Assembly: GCA_964247055.1 (NCBI GenBank)
Contig: OZ176051.1
Span: forward strand, 7,378,001 to 7,442,000
Reading direction: 5' to 3'
Source: Paragordius varius
Taxonomy: Eukaryota > Animalia > Nematomorpha
DNA: 64,000 nt
Below, in pieces: positions 1 to 14,747 of this stretch. The position numbers were made by a program, and so were the translations under genes. The stretch's first letter is position 1. Every line of letters starts with the position of its first letter. Under the pieces are notes generated by a model. It saw nothing but the letters and a program-made list of their open reading frames with translations. It did not search any database and was not told where the DNA came from.

Positions 1-222
1 TATTTTTACTGATATATTATTTAATTAAAACAAATTACATTTTGAAGTCTTTTTTCAAGTTAACTTTCTCACAGTTTTTCTTTTAAAATTTACGGTCAAA
101 AGAGGTAGAGAGCAATCGATATGCCCTAATCCTTTTAAATTAAAAATTCTCATTTTAAATTTAGGTACCAGAGTTGAATTAATTATATGTTATCATATAT
201 GTAATATATATATTATATTTAG

Positions 223-3200
223 TACGCCGAGGTTAGCCCTTGCGTGGGACGAAACTATTGTACACCATTCCTTCAACCAATCTGTAATGTTGAACGTTTT
301 TGGAGATTTAAGTTTTACTTACATTTATCATTTGCAACTAAGGGAATACACGAATTTCGCATGGCTCCAAAACTGTTTAAATGCTGATGTATTATTATTA
401 GTTTTTTAGATATATCCATCATTTTTTTTCATTTCTTATACTGGATATAAAATATTTCTAGTTTTACATTGATGTTAACCCGGATGTAATTGATTTTGGA
501 TTGAATAATTTACAAAGCAAAAACTATGGGATGACGCGTATGACACGAGCTAACATGACCTTTCTGAAGTTAAAAAAATCAATCATTAGACCCGAGAGGA
601 TAATGAAAGTATTTGTCAATATTATGTTTAATTACAGTTAAAAGTTTCGTAAACGTGCGACTTTTTTGACTGCACTTAGAAAAATTTTAAGGAAGAAATA
701 ATAAGTTAGACTTTATAGGGCAGGCATACTCGTTTCACCCCTTGTTTTCTTTACTTTAGCCCAGGGGTGTCCATGCGTTCCACTATTTTTCTGAATACTT
801 TTGTTATCTTTATATATGCATTATAATATTTCTACTTAGTTACTTCACCGTGTTCGACATTTTACAGATTTGATTTGGGTTAGATTCTAACAACAGAACT
901 AGTACCACTAAATTTAATGAAAATTTGGATGAATTTTAGACATCTTTACTTAAGCAATATTTTTTTGTATATATCCTTATGAATACATCCGCTAAATTTA
1001 CGATGCGATTCTAGCCTTTTGTGTTCATGGCTCCTTATGCCATGTATCGATTTAATATAACTAATTTTCTATTACTTATTATATTTAATTATATCGGCTA
1101 TCAAAAAATATTATGTTAATTTAGACAAGATTCTATCAATATCACAATGGGCCGTTGATCGTTTACGATATCTATGATGATTATGTTGTTACACGTGAAA
1201 AATTTAATCAAAATGGAAATTTTGCATTGGCATTTATTGGAATACCCGAAAATGTTTATCAGTTACATCGAATCACTGGAATTCCAAGTGTAAATGTTGT
1301 TGTACAAGATTGTGAAAGTATAGCAAAGTTTATAAAAATTTTAACTCAAATCATATTTTTATAAACCTAAGTAATGGTGACATCAATGCGATTTTTTCAT
1401 TAACATATCAACCCTGGCAGGCGAGTGTTAAACTTTTCATGGGTCTTCTTTCATTATAAGATCTTACCCTTTGAATGGGATAAACTGCATATATAATTTT
1501 AGCGAAAAGCTACATTTTTATTATTTTCTAATTACTTCCCAAAATATGAGGATTATCATCGTTTTATATATAATATACAGGAAAATATCCAACTAGTCTA
1601 TTCAACCGAAGTTTTATTGAGTTTATGTTTAGGATTCTTTTTCATCGGGCATACCCTATGTGAAAATATTATCCTCCCTGGACGTTATAATTTTATTCAA
1701 ACAGATTCTGTTGCCAGTGGAATATTTTTTATGTATCTTTTCTTCATTAATCACTTTTTATATTACAATATCTAGTGATGTTCCACTTGAGGTAATAAAT
1801 CGGAGTAATGGTAGATATATTAGCATAAAATATATTTCCATAAATAAATTTTTTGTTGATGGCGATAAACGAACCTTGGTAATGTTTAATACTACAGATT
1901 CTTTCCTACACCCTTTCATAACAGGGAATTTTGTTGCACATATGGATATTGATCAAGTAAATTATTGAATTTGGTTTTTAGGTTCCGATATTTTTTTGTT
2001 ATTCCAATTAGTTAACACTTACTTTTTTTGCCATGGATTGATTCAAAAATACGTTGGTTAAAAATCGACCTATTTACATGTTTTTTAGCATCAAAACAGC
2101 AGTTTTAATTTTTTATTGTCACATAAAGAGAAAAACATTTTATGCGCATCGTTTGTAAAAATATAATGTTTAAGATTGTTGGCAATATATGTATTATGTG
2201 TTTCGCATTATTTTGATGCGGTCGCTTCGACACAAGACTCACATGACTTTCTAACAATTGATTTGTATTAATAAATAATTGCACTGTGATTAAATATAAT
2301 TCATGTTTTGAATTAATAGATTGAGATAACCATAACCCAAAGAAATAATACATGTAATTTTGAAACGTTAAATTTGAAAACCGGAATGATAACTAAAATG
2401 CAATATTTCGCCAATAAGGTATTTATATGATGTAATAATTTATTAATAAATTAAATAATGGTTGAGTCCATGCGCATTCAGAGAAAAGTAATGTCAAAAT
2501 TATTTTAACCTGTAACAATTTTTAAATTTTCTAAAGTATCTAGGATAATGAACCAATTTTAATATCTGCACTCTAACGCTTTTTCTTAAAAAGCTTTTAA
2601 CCGCTTTTTTTAAGAAATAATTTAAAACTGGCAAATAAAAATTTATGAGGGTAAAATCATAAATAAAAAATTTGATTATGACAAAAATTTGTGATGATTA
2701 ATCACTGATAAATCAGCTATTAATTCAATTTGAGCTAGCTGATATCCAAATTATATAAAACCCAGAGAGTAAAATAAAAGCTATTCTAACAGATAAGTTA
2801 AATGTTTCACAATGATTTTTTAATTAAATACCCTTTATAGTATATTTTGCAAATTTTAGGCTGCCGTTAAAATCATATTAGCCTGGTTTCCTAGGTTTCC
2901 GACCCCTGTATTAGACGTAGCGTTTTTATTGAATTGGCATTAATTCTTGCTAAATACAATAATTAACAAGTGGTTTATGGAATCAATAATTTTCGAATAC
3001 TTGCCAAATTAAGAATGTTTGGTTTATTAATTTTTTAATATATATTTTCAACATTAAACAGCTATTTGTGATGAAACATAAATTATATTTCGGGGCATTA
3101 GGCAGATTATATTTGCGTCTAAAATCGGAGGGTATAAAAAAATAACTTGATGAAATATATATATATATATTCTGATAGGAAATTGTATCAGGATTATCAT

Positions 3201-4097
3201 GGTGCTTTTGGTTTTGGCCCTTACGAGTGATATGAGAAAATTATTTATACTTTTGTGGTATAATTGGTCCATATCAGAAAATAGCGAAATTTGCGCAAAA
3301 TTTTTTAAATAAAATTTTGTGAAAGATTAAGTCTTCTCTCCAAAAACTAAAATTTGCCATAGACTACCTATACAAAGTAAAACAATATTTTTAAAATTAT
3401 AAGTTTTTTCAGAAAAGTGCTTTATAATGTCTTAATATAGCATATATTAAAAAAAATTATCGCAAAACTCGGCATTTTGCATCAAGGCGAAAAAATTTAA
3501 AACCCTCACCTATAACTAATAAATAAAATTTTATATAAATTGTTTTGCTTTTTATTAGTATATCGTGTATATTAATGATATTTTTGGAATAAAGCATTTA
3601 GCTTATACCAAACCTTTTTATCAAACATAATGCGCGCTAATTTCGCGATTTTATGATATCAAACAATCACCAAAAAAGTGGTAATAATTTTTTCATATGA
3701 CTCTAAGACCCAAAAAAGCACCGATATTTATCCACAGGAATATATATTTCATAAGGATATTCCTTCGATTGACGCAGTGTAAGATAAGGCTAGAGTTTAT
3801 TAATCCGAGAGTAAACCGTTAATCAAAAATATTTTTCCTAATTGGATTATTGCAAATGTAATATTTAATAAAATATAGCTGCTCGTTCATCAACGTGATG
3901 ACCAGTTAAAATTCCTGCTCTTAAATGAAAATAATACATTAATTGGCTCGAACAATCTTCATTCTCAAGTGTTAACTAAAGTTTCGTGTCCAAAAGACTA
4001 CTTCGATGAACCCAATATTTTTCCTAATATTGCGACAACCAACAATAAAATGGTCATCAAAAAGTTATTAATGGTGTGTAATAATGATCTTTCATAA
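223..4097 (+). CDS. Unrecognised multi-exon gene (probable secreted/extracellular glycoprotein), partial model; paralog A
   Basis: AG/GT-bounded open segments at about 223-388, 462-608 (FYIDVNPDVIDFG...), 1125-1317 (TRFYQYHNGPLIVYDIYDDYVV...IPSVNVVVQDC), 1633-1732, 1776-1956 (DVPLEV...TGNFVAHMDID) and 3879-4097 (...SCP...VC..S*). Each matches a minus-strand exon of paralog B. Many N-x-S/T sites. The full chain and the start were not resolved, and the gene may be partly decayed. Confidence 0.5.
3170..3760. mobile_element. MITE-like inverted-repeat element (dispersed family)
   Basis: GGTGCTTTTGGTTTTGGCCCTTACGAGTGA near 3201 is mirrored by ...GACTCTAAGACCCAAAAAAGCACC near 3700-3722. AATAGCGAAATTTGCGC (about 3280) is mirrored by GCGCTAATTTCGCGATTT (about 3633). 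Related segments recur near 10110, 12980, 21100, 28448 and 33064. Boundaries are approximate. Confidence 0.55.
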
Positions 4098-4163
4098 TAA
4101 ATATATTACCCACATTTATTATCACATATGTAAATAATTATTTACCCGAAAAAAAGATGCAAA

Positions 4164-7100
4164 TTACATAATTGTTGAACGGTTTTTATGGCATATTTTT
4201 ATATGTTGGCGCAACTGTATACCAAAGTTTGAATGCTGAATATAGCTTTGATCAGTGTAATTTATCTGATTCGGGCACGTAATATTCAGGATAGCTGTTG
4301 AAATAAATTCTATCGTTTCAGTAGTGTCGTTCTTATATACGGTGAACAATATTGATTCATTCATTTGTATTATATTTATGCGCTAAATATTATGACAGTG
4401 TGGTTAACAAATAATAATTAAATTTTAGCATGCGTCATTTTTTAGTTATAACATAACATATAATATGCAAATCATTCTCACATGTTCGATACAAATTACT
4501 AGGTGTTCGTTAACGATCTCAGGTATGTTAATACCAAATATTATTAATATGAAATGTATTTTTTCAAAAGTTTGCACTTGTATAACTAACATTAATACAC
4601 CAAAGTACAGTGGAACAGTCCGGAGAAAACGTAGTAAAATAAGGTAAAATTTCCTAAAAGACAATGATACTTTTTTAATCTTGATTTTTTTAATTAACTC
4701 ATTGTTTAATTCAATCAAGAGTGGTAATCAATCAATTATATATTGAGTGAAACAGCAGCTCAAATATCAAAAATTTGCTACTAAAATGAAATTTTATACC
4801 AAACGAACCTGGTTCTTTAGTTTAATAATGAAGTCCAGGGGTTCTTAAAATTTTATTAGAAAAATTAACCACATGTATTAGATAGGTATGTTATAAGTGT
4901 ATTTGCATAAACTATCGCATGCTTGAAAGACATCTTAATTATAGTTAAATAAATGATTGCACCAAGTGGATTGGTCTACAAAACGACTTCTCAGATCTGA
5001 AAATATTAAATTTAGCGTGTTGAAATGTTTCTTTCTATATTATTAGCCGTAACCGCTAAACCTTAAATAAAATTATAATATTTTTATATCTGTGGCCAAA
5101 ATTTCTTAAGGTTGTACGGTTCATGGGTCCTTGAGTACTAGTGTTATATAGTGTGTCTTTTTTTTCCGTTATGGGTAATTGATAACACCAGACAACAACT
5201 TTTTGAGTTTTCATGTAAATCTATTTCACTAAAGTACATAAATGATATATGTTAAAAAAATTGGTCTAACACCTATGAATTTCTTTTATTAGGGTTTATC
5301 GAAAAATTTTGACCCGATTTAGCATTAAACATGAAATTTTCAGAATCAAAAGTTTTAGATATAGAGCCATGTAATTTATATCATTCGAAAGAGCGCGAAA
5401 GACTGAATCGTTCGACTGGTAGTTTGTCATTTTCAATCTGATGCAAAATTTATTTGCTTTTTATGGTCAATTTGCATTAAATTCAAAAATTTTCACAAAC
5501 AAACTAATTTAAAATAATATATAAATTATTTTAATATAATTATTTAGGCCATCATTGGTATAAAATTAAAAAAATCTTATGCCAAGCTTTTGATTTGCAT
5601 TTTTAATAATTATTATTATGATAATTTTTTTACCCACAGGATATTAAAATGCAAGTTATATCTTTAGTTTTAGTACATAATTGTTCATGATCAATAAAAC
5701 TTAAAATATATTTCTAGTCTTTAAATTTTTAAATTATAAGCCTTTTAAAGAAATAATTAATATTGATATGATGGTTTTTTCAAAAAATAAAAAATTAAAA
5801 AAAAATGGTTGTTTTGAATGACATAAAAGTAATAAATAAGTGTGTTATCCAAAAAACTTTCTCGTGTTATCATTTTTAGACATTCATTGCCATCTATACA
5901 AAGTTTGAGTATTTTCATCCATTAGGTTTAAAAATATATAAGGAACACGTTCTGGCTTTGCGGATTTGTCGCTTGCCATGGCCAATATTTATCGATGTAA
6001 AATATATTAGTATGCATATAGAGTTATCATTATTATTCTTTCGAATGATATATTACAGATGGGCATTTGTGGTATATTTTGAAAAAAAAACACTTTAGTA
6101 AATAATCAAATTATACAAAATTCATAGGTGGAATTATAATTTTTATTTCAGATTTACTGTTAAAATGATAAATGGTACAAAAATTTGTTGTCTAGTGTTA
6201 TAAACGCTATATTCTATGGGTTTTTACAAGAAAAGGTGAACGATCGATCTATACGTTAAAATATCTACATAAATATTTAGCCTATGGTTTGAATGTTAAA
6301 GGCAAGATATTGACGTGAAAAAAATCATATGATCAAATTCAAAAAATATTGTTTAAACAACATAAAATTATAATGGTCCTTCCATTTGGTTATATCACAA
6401 AATACAACAAAAAATACATATAGCTATTGAAACTGTAACTCAACCTACTTTAAAGCTTTTTACAGAGTTGCTGTCCCATCTAATATACAATCAATATTAA
6501 ATAATAATTAAACAATAAATTTAATTTTTCTAAATAAAACTATATGGATATCACTTCGTTAATAAGTGAAACCGGGTTAGTTTCTGAGAAAATGTAATGG
6601 GAACCGGATTGGTTCCTGCCCAACTAAACCGACTCCTGTTAAAATATCAGCAATCGTTAGAAGCCCTCCTTCATAAAGTTTTTTAACCATATTAAACTGT
6701 TGTTCGTCGGTTGTATTTATATAAAAAAACCCAAAAAAAATGACAGTCAAAAATTTTCGCGCATCTTTTTAAATAATATTTTTGAAGTATGCGTGAGAGG
6801 TTATGCAAAAGTTATAACTTGGCCTAATAAATACTTTTTAAGCGAAATTTATGAGTCAAAGTTTAGAACAAGAAAGTAGATAATGTAATTAGTATTAATT
6901 AAATTTCATAAATTATAAACTTTTTATAAAATAATTTGATACTTTAACATTTTGATGTAATAAATATACAGTTTAAAGTATCTTTTTTCCCTTTTTATTA
7001 AAGGGTAAGGACTTAAGTTGTATCTGGACATGTAAAGGCTTTAACTATCCAGGACTGACAGTGAGGATGGAATTGCGTAGTTTCGGTGCTCGAGCGTTCG

Positions 7101-10100
7101 CGCGTGGTGCAAAAGCCGGCGCCCAACCTATTATATTAATGCAATTTAAGACTTGGCACATATATTAGCGTAACTCCTATTTTAAATTATAAACAAGATT
7201 TTTAAAAAATTACACCCTTGATTATTAGTATAGATCAGTTAAAATAAATATGTACTTTTGATCCTTTAAATTCAAAGCTACTTTCATACCCCTCTTGAAA
7301 ATTTAGGATATTGATTTGACAAGCATAGGATTTTTGATATACATCAATGTTTCCCTATCAATTTTAACTATAAGTAATACGGAATTTCCAGTAACTTTAA
7401 TAGTATATGGAACACCAAACAGTTTTAATGTTCTATGTATCAGTTGACCATCAAATATCTTGAGGTGGACACCATAATTATTGGCAAACATGAAGTTTTT
7501 GAAATCCGCATATATGTAAATTGAATTGGAGGAATCTGTCCTTCTTATCCCCAAAGGTATGTTTCTAATTAATTAAATAATTTTGATTTGTTTTAATTTT
7601 TGAATTATGAATTTGAAAAAGACTACCATTTCCACACAATTTTTATTTTAGAATAAAATATCAATAAAAAATTCTTAGAGATGATTAAGTATATAATTTG
7701 GCGCTAGGACCTAGTTAGTGTATGAAACCGTTTTAAACGGTTTAACAGATGACTATATCCGAAAGCTAAAAATTCAGTTTTAACAATTTATTTTTGGCAT
7801 TAAAATATAATTACCTGTCTTGTTATAAGGTATCACTGTGTCCAGAATTATTAAAATATATTTTTCTTTTTATAAGATAGCTTATAACTAGCGAATTCAT
7901 TTGCAGCAAAAAAATTTTGTTGAAGACCTTTTGAAATATTGAGAGAAAATCGAAATTGGGCAAAACGTGAAAAATAAGGATCTTTAAATAATTAATGATA
8001 AAACTTGAGATAAGATTAATCTTATCAGATATATATTTATAAAGAGCCTAAAATCATATAGATGGGGTTTATATTTAGATTAAAAAATCATGTTTTTCCT
8101 TTATTACTTAAAACAAAAATATTTTTTATTATATTAAAATATTTTTTTACATTATTTACTACCTAAACTCACTATAATTTTAACATTCATATTTTAGACT
8201 GTAAAAATATCTATCTATAAAAAAATATTATTTTTTTTCTACTTTTTTGTCATTTGGTTTATGCGTGTATAAATAATATACTGTTTTATTTTGGAATCTT
8301 TCACGAGCAAAAAAATAGGCTGTTTACAAATAGTGGAATATCCACTAACAATCCATAAAAATTCCAATAAAAATATTAGTTTGTCTTAAAACAAACTTGT
8401 GACTGGGATTTGTGCCGATTTTAGTTGATATATCGTTGCTTAATTTTATATTAATTTATAAACTTTATAATTCCCGTTCAGAAAAGATTCCAAAATAAAA
8501 CAGATCTATTACACACTCCAAAAAAATTAAAAGTTTTATTAATTTTATTTTGTTATTTATTTTTACTAAATATTTATAAATGTTAATATATCAATAGTGA
8601 GTTTAAATAATAAATAATTAAATTCAATTGTTTTGATATAGTTTCTTAAAGATTTTTTGATCTAATATGTTGAAAAACAGGATTTTTTTATCTTGCTTTT
8701 ATTAAAAACCTACTTATTTGATTTAGATTTATAAATTGTGAATGTCTGATATTTTAAAGTTATATCATTTTTTATTTACTATCCTTAATAAAATTATTTT
8801 GCCCAATTTTAATTTTCTCTCAATATTTTAAATAAATACTAGGTCGGTAACAAATAATATTTTTTGCGGCAAATAAATTCGCTGGTTATACTGGGAAAAA
8901 AATTTGTGTCAAAAGAATTGACCCTTTTTTCACACAGTATATGAATACTATGATGAGCTATTATCATTATACCAAACCACTTTAGCTTATATAGAATTAA
9001 CTAAAGTTCAATAATTTTAGTGAGCAGACAATAGGGGCCTGATCGCTCATGATCCGATCCACGTGCAAAAATCTGAAACCAAAATGAATCCTCTCTTTTG
9101 ACACACTTATCGTTTAAAGTTTAACAAATTTATAATAATAAAATATTATATAGCCATAAGCCTCCCTAACACTGAGTCCACTAAACAATATTCTTTACAC
9201 CTCTGATGGGAAAATATATCATAATTATGAAGCATTTTTGTGGTAACTGCTCCATATCAAAAAATGAGAAAATAGCGCACATTTTTAAAATTTTTTATTG
9301 AAAGCTAAATGCTTTATTCCAAAAAATATAACTAAAGCGTATTATAAACTAGTTATAAAAAGCAAAACAATATTTTATATCAAGTTTTAAAAATTTTGGA
9401 CTCATCAATGGGCAAGTTCTTTTAAAATAAAGACGAAAATACCAAAATTTCTTGAATTTTAATAAAAGATTTTGACATCCCAATTTTTTTTTCTAAAAAA
9501 TCGATATTCGGCTTAAAAATTTATAGCAAAAATTTGGTGAAGCGAGTATTATGTTTCTATGAAGTATGGTGGAAACGGTATAAAAACACTTTATGATTTT
9601 ATATAAATTTCTATTTAATATGATGCTTTGTTTGTTTTGAACTTGTTGATTTGTATATAATAAAAACAATTTATACTTAACATTGAAAGAATATTTTAAT
9701 AGAATTCTTTCGAAGTAAAACAATTAGCCTCATCAAATTAAATAAAAAATGTTTTATAATATCTTAATGCGTTTTATACCGTTTCCATCATGCTTCAAAA
9801 TCGTATCCATTATACTACAACAAAATATTGCTTAAATTAAATTTAACATATGATTTTTTTAAAAAATATGTTTTTAATGTCAATAGCATATATCTAAAAA
9901 TATGATCGCAAAATATAGAAAGGGTAAAAAATTGGGGCATTCGCCACAACTAAAAATTAAAATTTTGTAAAAATTTTGTTTTGATAAATGTAGTAATATA
10001 TGTTAATGATATATTTTGGAAAGCATTTAGCTTTTACTAATAATTTATTTAATAAAATATGCGCTAATTTTGCGATAATTTCCCAAAAAAATCCAAATAA

Positions 10101-13100
10101 ATTTTTATATCACTCGTAGGCTCCAAAACCAGAACGATGAGAATTCTAAATCCAGACTGTAAATATTTTACCAGGATTTTTTATACCCCTAATTAAAACT
10201 GTAATTATAAAAAATCAAAGTATATATTTTTGTTATATATAAAAATACTGAGTAAAGATCTTTGCATTCCCTTTGCCTTTCACAAGGTTGTAAATGCCTG
10301 CAGAAGGAAAATACTGACAAAGCGCATTCATCGGAACATAAAATGCTAAATAAATAATTTGTTGTTAATAATTTACAATAATATATTTATAATATGGGAA
10401 ATTGATTAATCTCATAAATATTTAGCGGATTTTTACATGATTTTTTGAGTAGTATTCTAAAAATATTTTATAGAGTTTTTATAAATTCAATTTTAATGCC
10501 GCATAACGTTTCCTTTAGCACGCATTAATTGAAAATACGATTTAATCATATATTGTTTTATCAATATCTTTTCACTTTTTTCCCTAGTTTAGCTTTGGGT
10601 GTAGTTTATAACCCAGGATTTGTTAAATAACAACTGTTTTGAAAGATAATGTAGATAAATTCAATAATCAAACATTGCTCTCTTGTATTAAATAAAAGCT
10701 TATATTTTTTAGATTTTTTTAACTTCTAGAGGATGTTAAAATCAAAATATAATATGTAATTTTAAAGTTAATTATTTACATTTTTCTAACCATAATGTAT
10801 TTTCGATTTAAAAAAATTTATAGAAAATAATGGCGGAAAAACAGTTTGAGGTGAGGGATGTTTAATATTATATTTTTTAATGTAAAAAGCTAAAGAAAGC
10901 ATATTAAATTCGGTTTAAAACCTTAAATACTTTTTTAAGGAATTCAAATTTTAAATAACTCTGTGGTGAAACTACCTCAAAAGGTAATGAAATGTTAAAT
11001 TAACTTCAGCACTAATAATGATGTGTTTTAACGCCATTTCCATTCTTTAGAGCATAAAACACTATACATCTAATTGACTTCCATAATTATTTAGCATATA
11101 TTATATATATCCAACAAACTGCTTTTTGCCTTAAAAAAATTAGCATATTAAGGAACTGTAAAATGTGAAACATTTTAAGTTGATAAAAACATGATTTTGC
11201 TTTTTTAATAAAATTGTTGATTTAATTTTCTTGATTATATAATTTTGGAGTGTTTTTATCCAGACTAATATGCTTTAATAAAAATAAATTTTTAAAAGTT
11301 TAGTCTATAATTATTCAAAAAATTTAATTATACCAGCTGATATAAAAGAATCGGTACTTGTTGTGCAAACAAACGTTTATAATTATTAATATTAACAATT
11401 TGGGAGTTTAATATATTCAGAGTCATATTTATTTATCTCAAAAAATATTTTTGATATTGGGCCAATGAAAAATATGCTACCTTTAGCCCTTTAGGCCCAT
11501 GATACATTTTTTTAAAAAAATGCAAATTTGTAGAAAAAATTCATAAACTTCGCCGCTATTTTTTACTTTTAAAACTCTTTTAAAAATCTAATATAACGGG
11601 CAAAAATTAATTAACTTAATTCAATTAACATTTTTCCGACTCCTTATTGATATTTTTAGATTTTATATCAGCTGTTTTCCATCGTGTTTTGAAGCTATCA
11701 TTTGTGACTAAAATTAAAATTAAGTCTTTTTGTCTAATACAGGGGTAGAGGGTTTAATAATTAAATTTTATCTAAGCCTTTTACAGTAGTTTGTTTACGA
11801 TTTTACGCTCGAGGCTAGAAACTTTGCCCAAACATAGTGTACAAAAAATAGAATTGTAATGAATCGCTAGTCAACACAGATTAGCCAGGATTTTTAGCGA
11901 TTACTGAATCCAGAAAAAATATGTATAGAAATTTTTAAATAACCTAGTATCTTTATAATATTTAATCATAAAAATTATACTCTTATTGGTATCCAAATAA
12001 TGTGTTGTATGATGGTTTGTATTCCGATCTAGATTTCATAAATATAAATATACATAGTAAAACCCAATATTTGTTAAATTGGTTTAAATATACAGTCACA
12101 AAAAAAATTCTGAAATATATATTTCTTTGGTGAAGCTAAATGCTTCATTGCAAAAAATATCACTATAATATATAAACTACATAAAAAAGCAAAACATAAT
12201 TTTTATAAATTATTTTTTATGGGCTCGCAAAGCATATATATATAAAAATCTCGGAATCCCAACATTTTCGTGTATAAAAAAATTCGGACTTTTGGAGACA
12301 ACTAAAATTTTATTATATTATTGGTTTGTTTTTTATATGTATTTTATTATATGTTTTCGTAATATTTTTTGGAATTAATTATGCTAACATTTCATAACCT
12401 TTTCCCTTTTTTGACCGGATCACATATTGGGGTAGTTTTATATGCCAAAGCTCAATCATAAAAATAAATTACTAAATGTTATTTTAGTAAAATTTAATTA
12501 TCAACATTATTCTCATTAGAGCCTATCTTTTTACAATTTGGGGCCTCTATGGGAACAAAACACGATGACTAAACAGTTGATTTCAAAATCATTAAATATC
12601 AAGGTTTTGCTGGTAAAATGAAACCTTAAAGCTTACTTAAGTTAATTTTACATTTTCTAACCATATTATACATTCATTTGCCTATTGTATTGCGATCTAA
12701 AAATATGTTTAAACAATAAATTGGTGGCCAAAAATTTTGAGATGAGGATAATTTACAATTTTACATTAAAAATATTAATTGTATTATGCGCCTAAAAGGC
12801 TAAAGAAAGCATTTTTCAAATTCGACCTAATAACCTAAATACTTTTTAAGATAATCAAATTTCAAATCGCTTTGGGTCACAAAACTAGCCAAAATGTCAT
12901 GAAGTGTTAACCAAAAAATATTTTTAACGTAGATCTTGCCATTTCCTGATATGAAACACTTAACCCAAGTGTAAATAACTCTGTCACTAGTGAGGGCCAA
13001 AACTAAAAGCACTTAAAATTCTGAGCCATTTTATAACAGAATATATATATTTCATCAGAATTTTTTGTACCTTCTTATGGACGCAATTATAAATGTATAA

Positions 13101-14747
13101 TTTTATTTTATATACAGAAAATGAAAATAAATTTTGTGCTGAATTCATCTAAAATTCCCAAGAATTTCTATGGCCTTTTTCCAATAATTTAAATATTTAA
13201 GCTTACATTAACAATCCCACTTATTTATTCTTACCAATTGATAAATCAAATATTGTTGTAATTATATTTGATTTTAACGGTAATGTATATCTCTAGTAGA
13301 TGATTTATTCAAATTAAATTCATTGAATAAAAGAGAATCCACCAATAAAAAGGCCAAAACACAAAGTGATTTAAAATGATCAAAATTTAATACAATAAGT
13401 GTAAGTGTCAATTACTAAACAAAGTCCGGGCAAAAATTTCTAGCAGGATGTTTCTCGGTATTCGTTAGATTATAACAACCAAACAATAAATGTAATAATA
13501 ATTAAGAAAGTAGGTTAGCAGCGATAAAATTTATGGATACTTTGTGGACAACGTGCTAGAATTACATTAATTTGGGGTATTTCTTCGAAAGTCTTTGAGC
13601 TTGTAAGCGTAATCCATGTGGAGTTTGATGAGATATTTGGGTTAATTTTTAACACCATATACGTATCATATACTTCATATAATTGATAATTCTTATTGTA
13701 AGGCTGCAAAATTTTTATCTGATAATGTAAAATATTTATATTATTGTTATGCTATCCTGAAATTTTCTAAATTTTGTTATTTAAAAAAATACCCTTTGTA
13801 GGACATTTGTATCTTTGCCAATAGGGATGTAATCCATATTTGAACTATTAGGGTGCAAACGACCGTAAGAGACGTTAGATTGAGATGTAACGCCAATGTA
13901 TCTCTTTACCGGGCTCACATCGATAAAAAACTAAAATATCACAACGCAATAAGGATTATCATAAAAATAGGTCCATATTGTCATTTAAAAGATATCAAAT
14001 TATTATACCTATGTACTATAAATATATAAAAAGAACGGCCTTGAATGGACTAAACATCATTAATGAAGTTTAAATCATAAATGGATATTGAAACCTGTCA
14101 AAAAAATTAGCTAATAAAAATGTAGATCTTGTTTAAGATTGGTACCTTCAACTTCACAATTTTACATATAGTTTATAAATAGTAATTGGTCAAATTTATA
14201 TATTTTTAGCAAGGTGTTATAAAATCCTTAATTGGTGAATGTTTCAACAAATATTTAGTTCATATGACTTCAAGAGCTAAAAATATATTTTTATGGACTC
14301 TTACTTGAAATTTTTAATTTACAGTTTAGAGTCTCTTTTTTCCTTTTGTTATTTCAGGGTAAGGACTTAAATTGTATAATAGTTTTTTTATGAAATATCC
14401 GGTACTTAAAAGAAAAGGCGAATCATGGAAACCCTACTCGGGGTTTAGAAAATTTTTAATTTATTAAATTAATTATTATCACAAGATTTCACAAGGGAGC
14501 ATATGTTGTTTAATATTAAGCCTGATCCTAATTTTAGTTTTTTTTATTTAATTTCAAAGTATTTTTAAATTACAAAGGTGAAATTGAGCCCCGAATAAGT
14601 ATTTATATAGATATTTACATCGGATCGGTATCTACTTATCAAACCGGCAAACAGATCATAACTCAGGTTTGGAAGTAGGTAACTGTTATTGACCAAAATT
14701 TGATGGAACTTGGTAATAATCAAGCCATTTTCTTTAACAAGGACCAA
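4164..14747 (-). CDS. Unrecognised multi-exon gene, partial model; paralog B of the gene at 223-4097
   Basis: Exon-like segments at about 14747-14565, 13930-13793 (FFIDVSP...YG...NM), 13718-13541 (IKILQPYNKNYQLYEVYDTYMV...IPQINVILARCP), 7564 onward (NIPLGI...RTLKLF...TGNSV...ID) and 4382-4164 (...ITCP...IC). They are colinear with paralog A and have the same splice phases where these could be compared. Confidence 0.5.
9230..10160. mobile_element. Degenerate foldback/MITE copy with an inner inverted repeat
   Basis: 9280-9400 (AAAGCTAAATGCTTTATTCC) is mirrored by 9960-10080 (GGAAAGCATTTAGCTTTT). 9555-9590 (ATGGTGGAAACGGTATAAAAAC) is mirrored by 9765-9795 (GTTTTATACCGTTTCCATCAT). Boundaries are approximate. 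Confidence 0.55.

Noticed and set aside
569-589. 21-nt GT-AG candidates in paralog A (569-589, also 3858-3878)
   Set aside because: 569-589 is in frame and stop-free, and the paralog length does not discriminate. 3858-3878 lacks a well-supported upstream exon. Both are undecidable without cDNA, so they were not counted.
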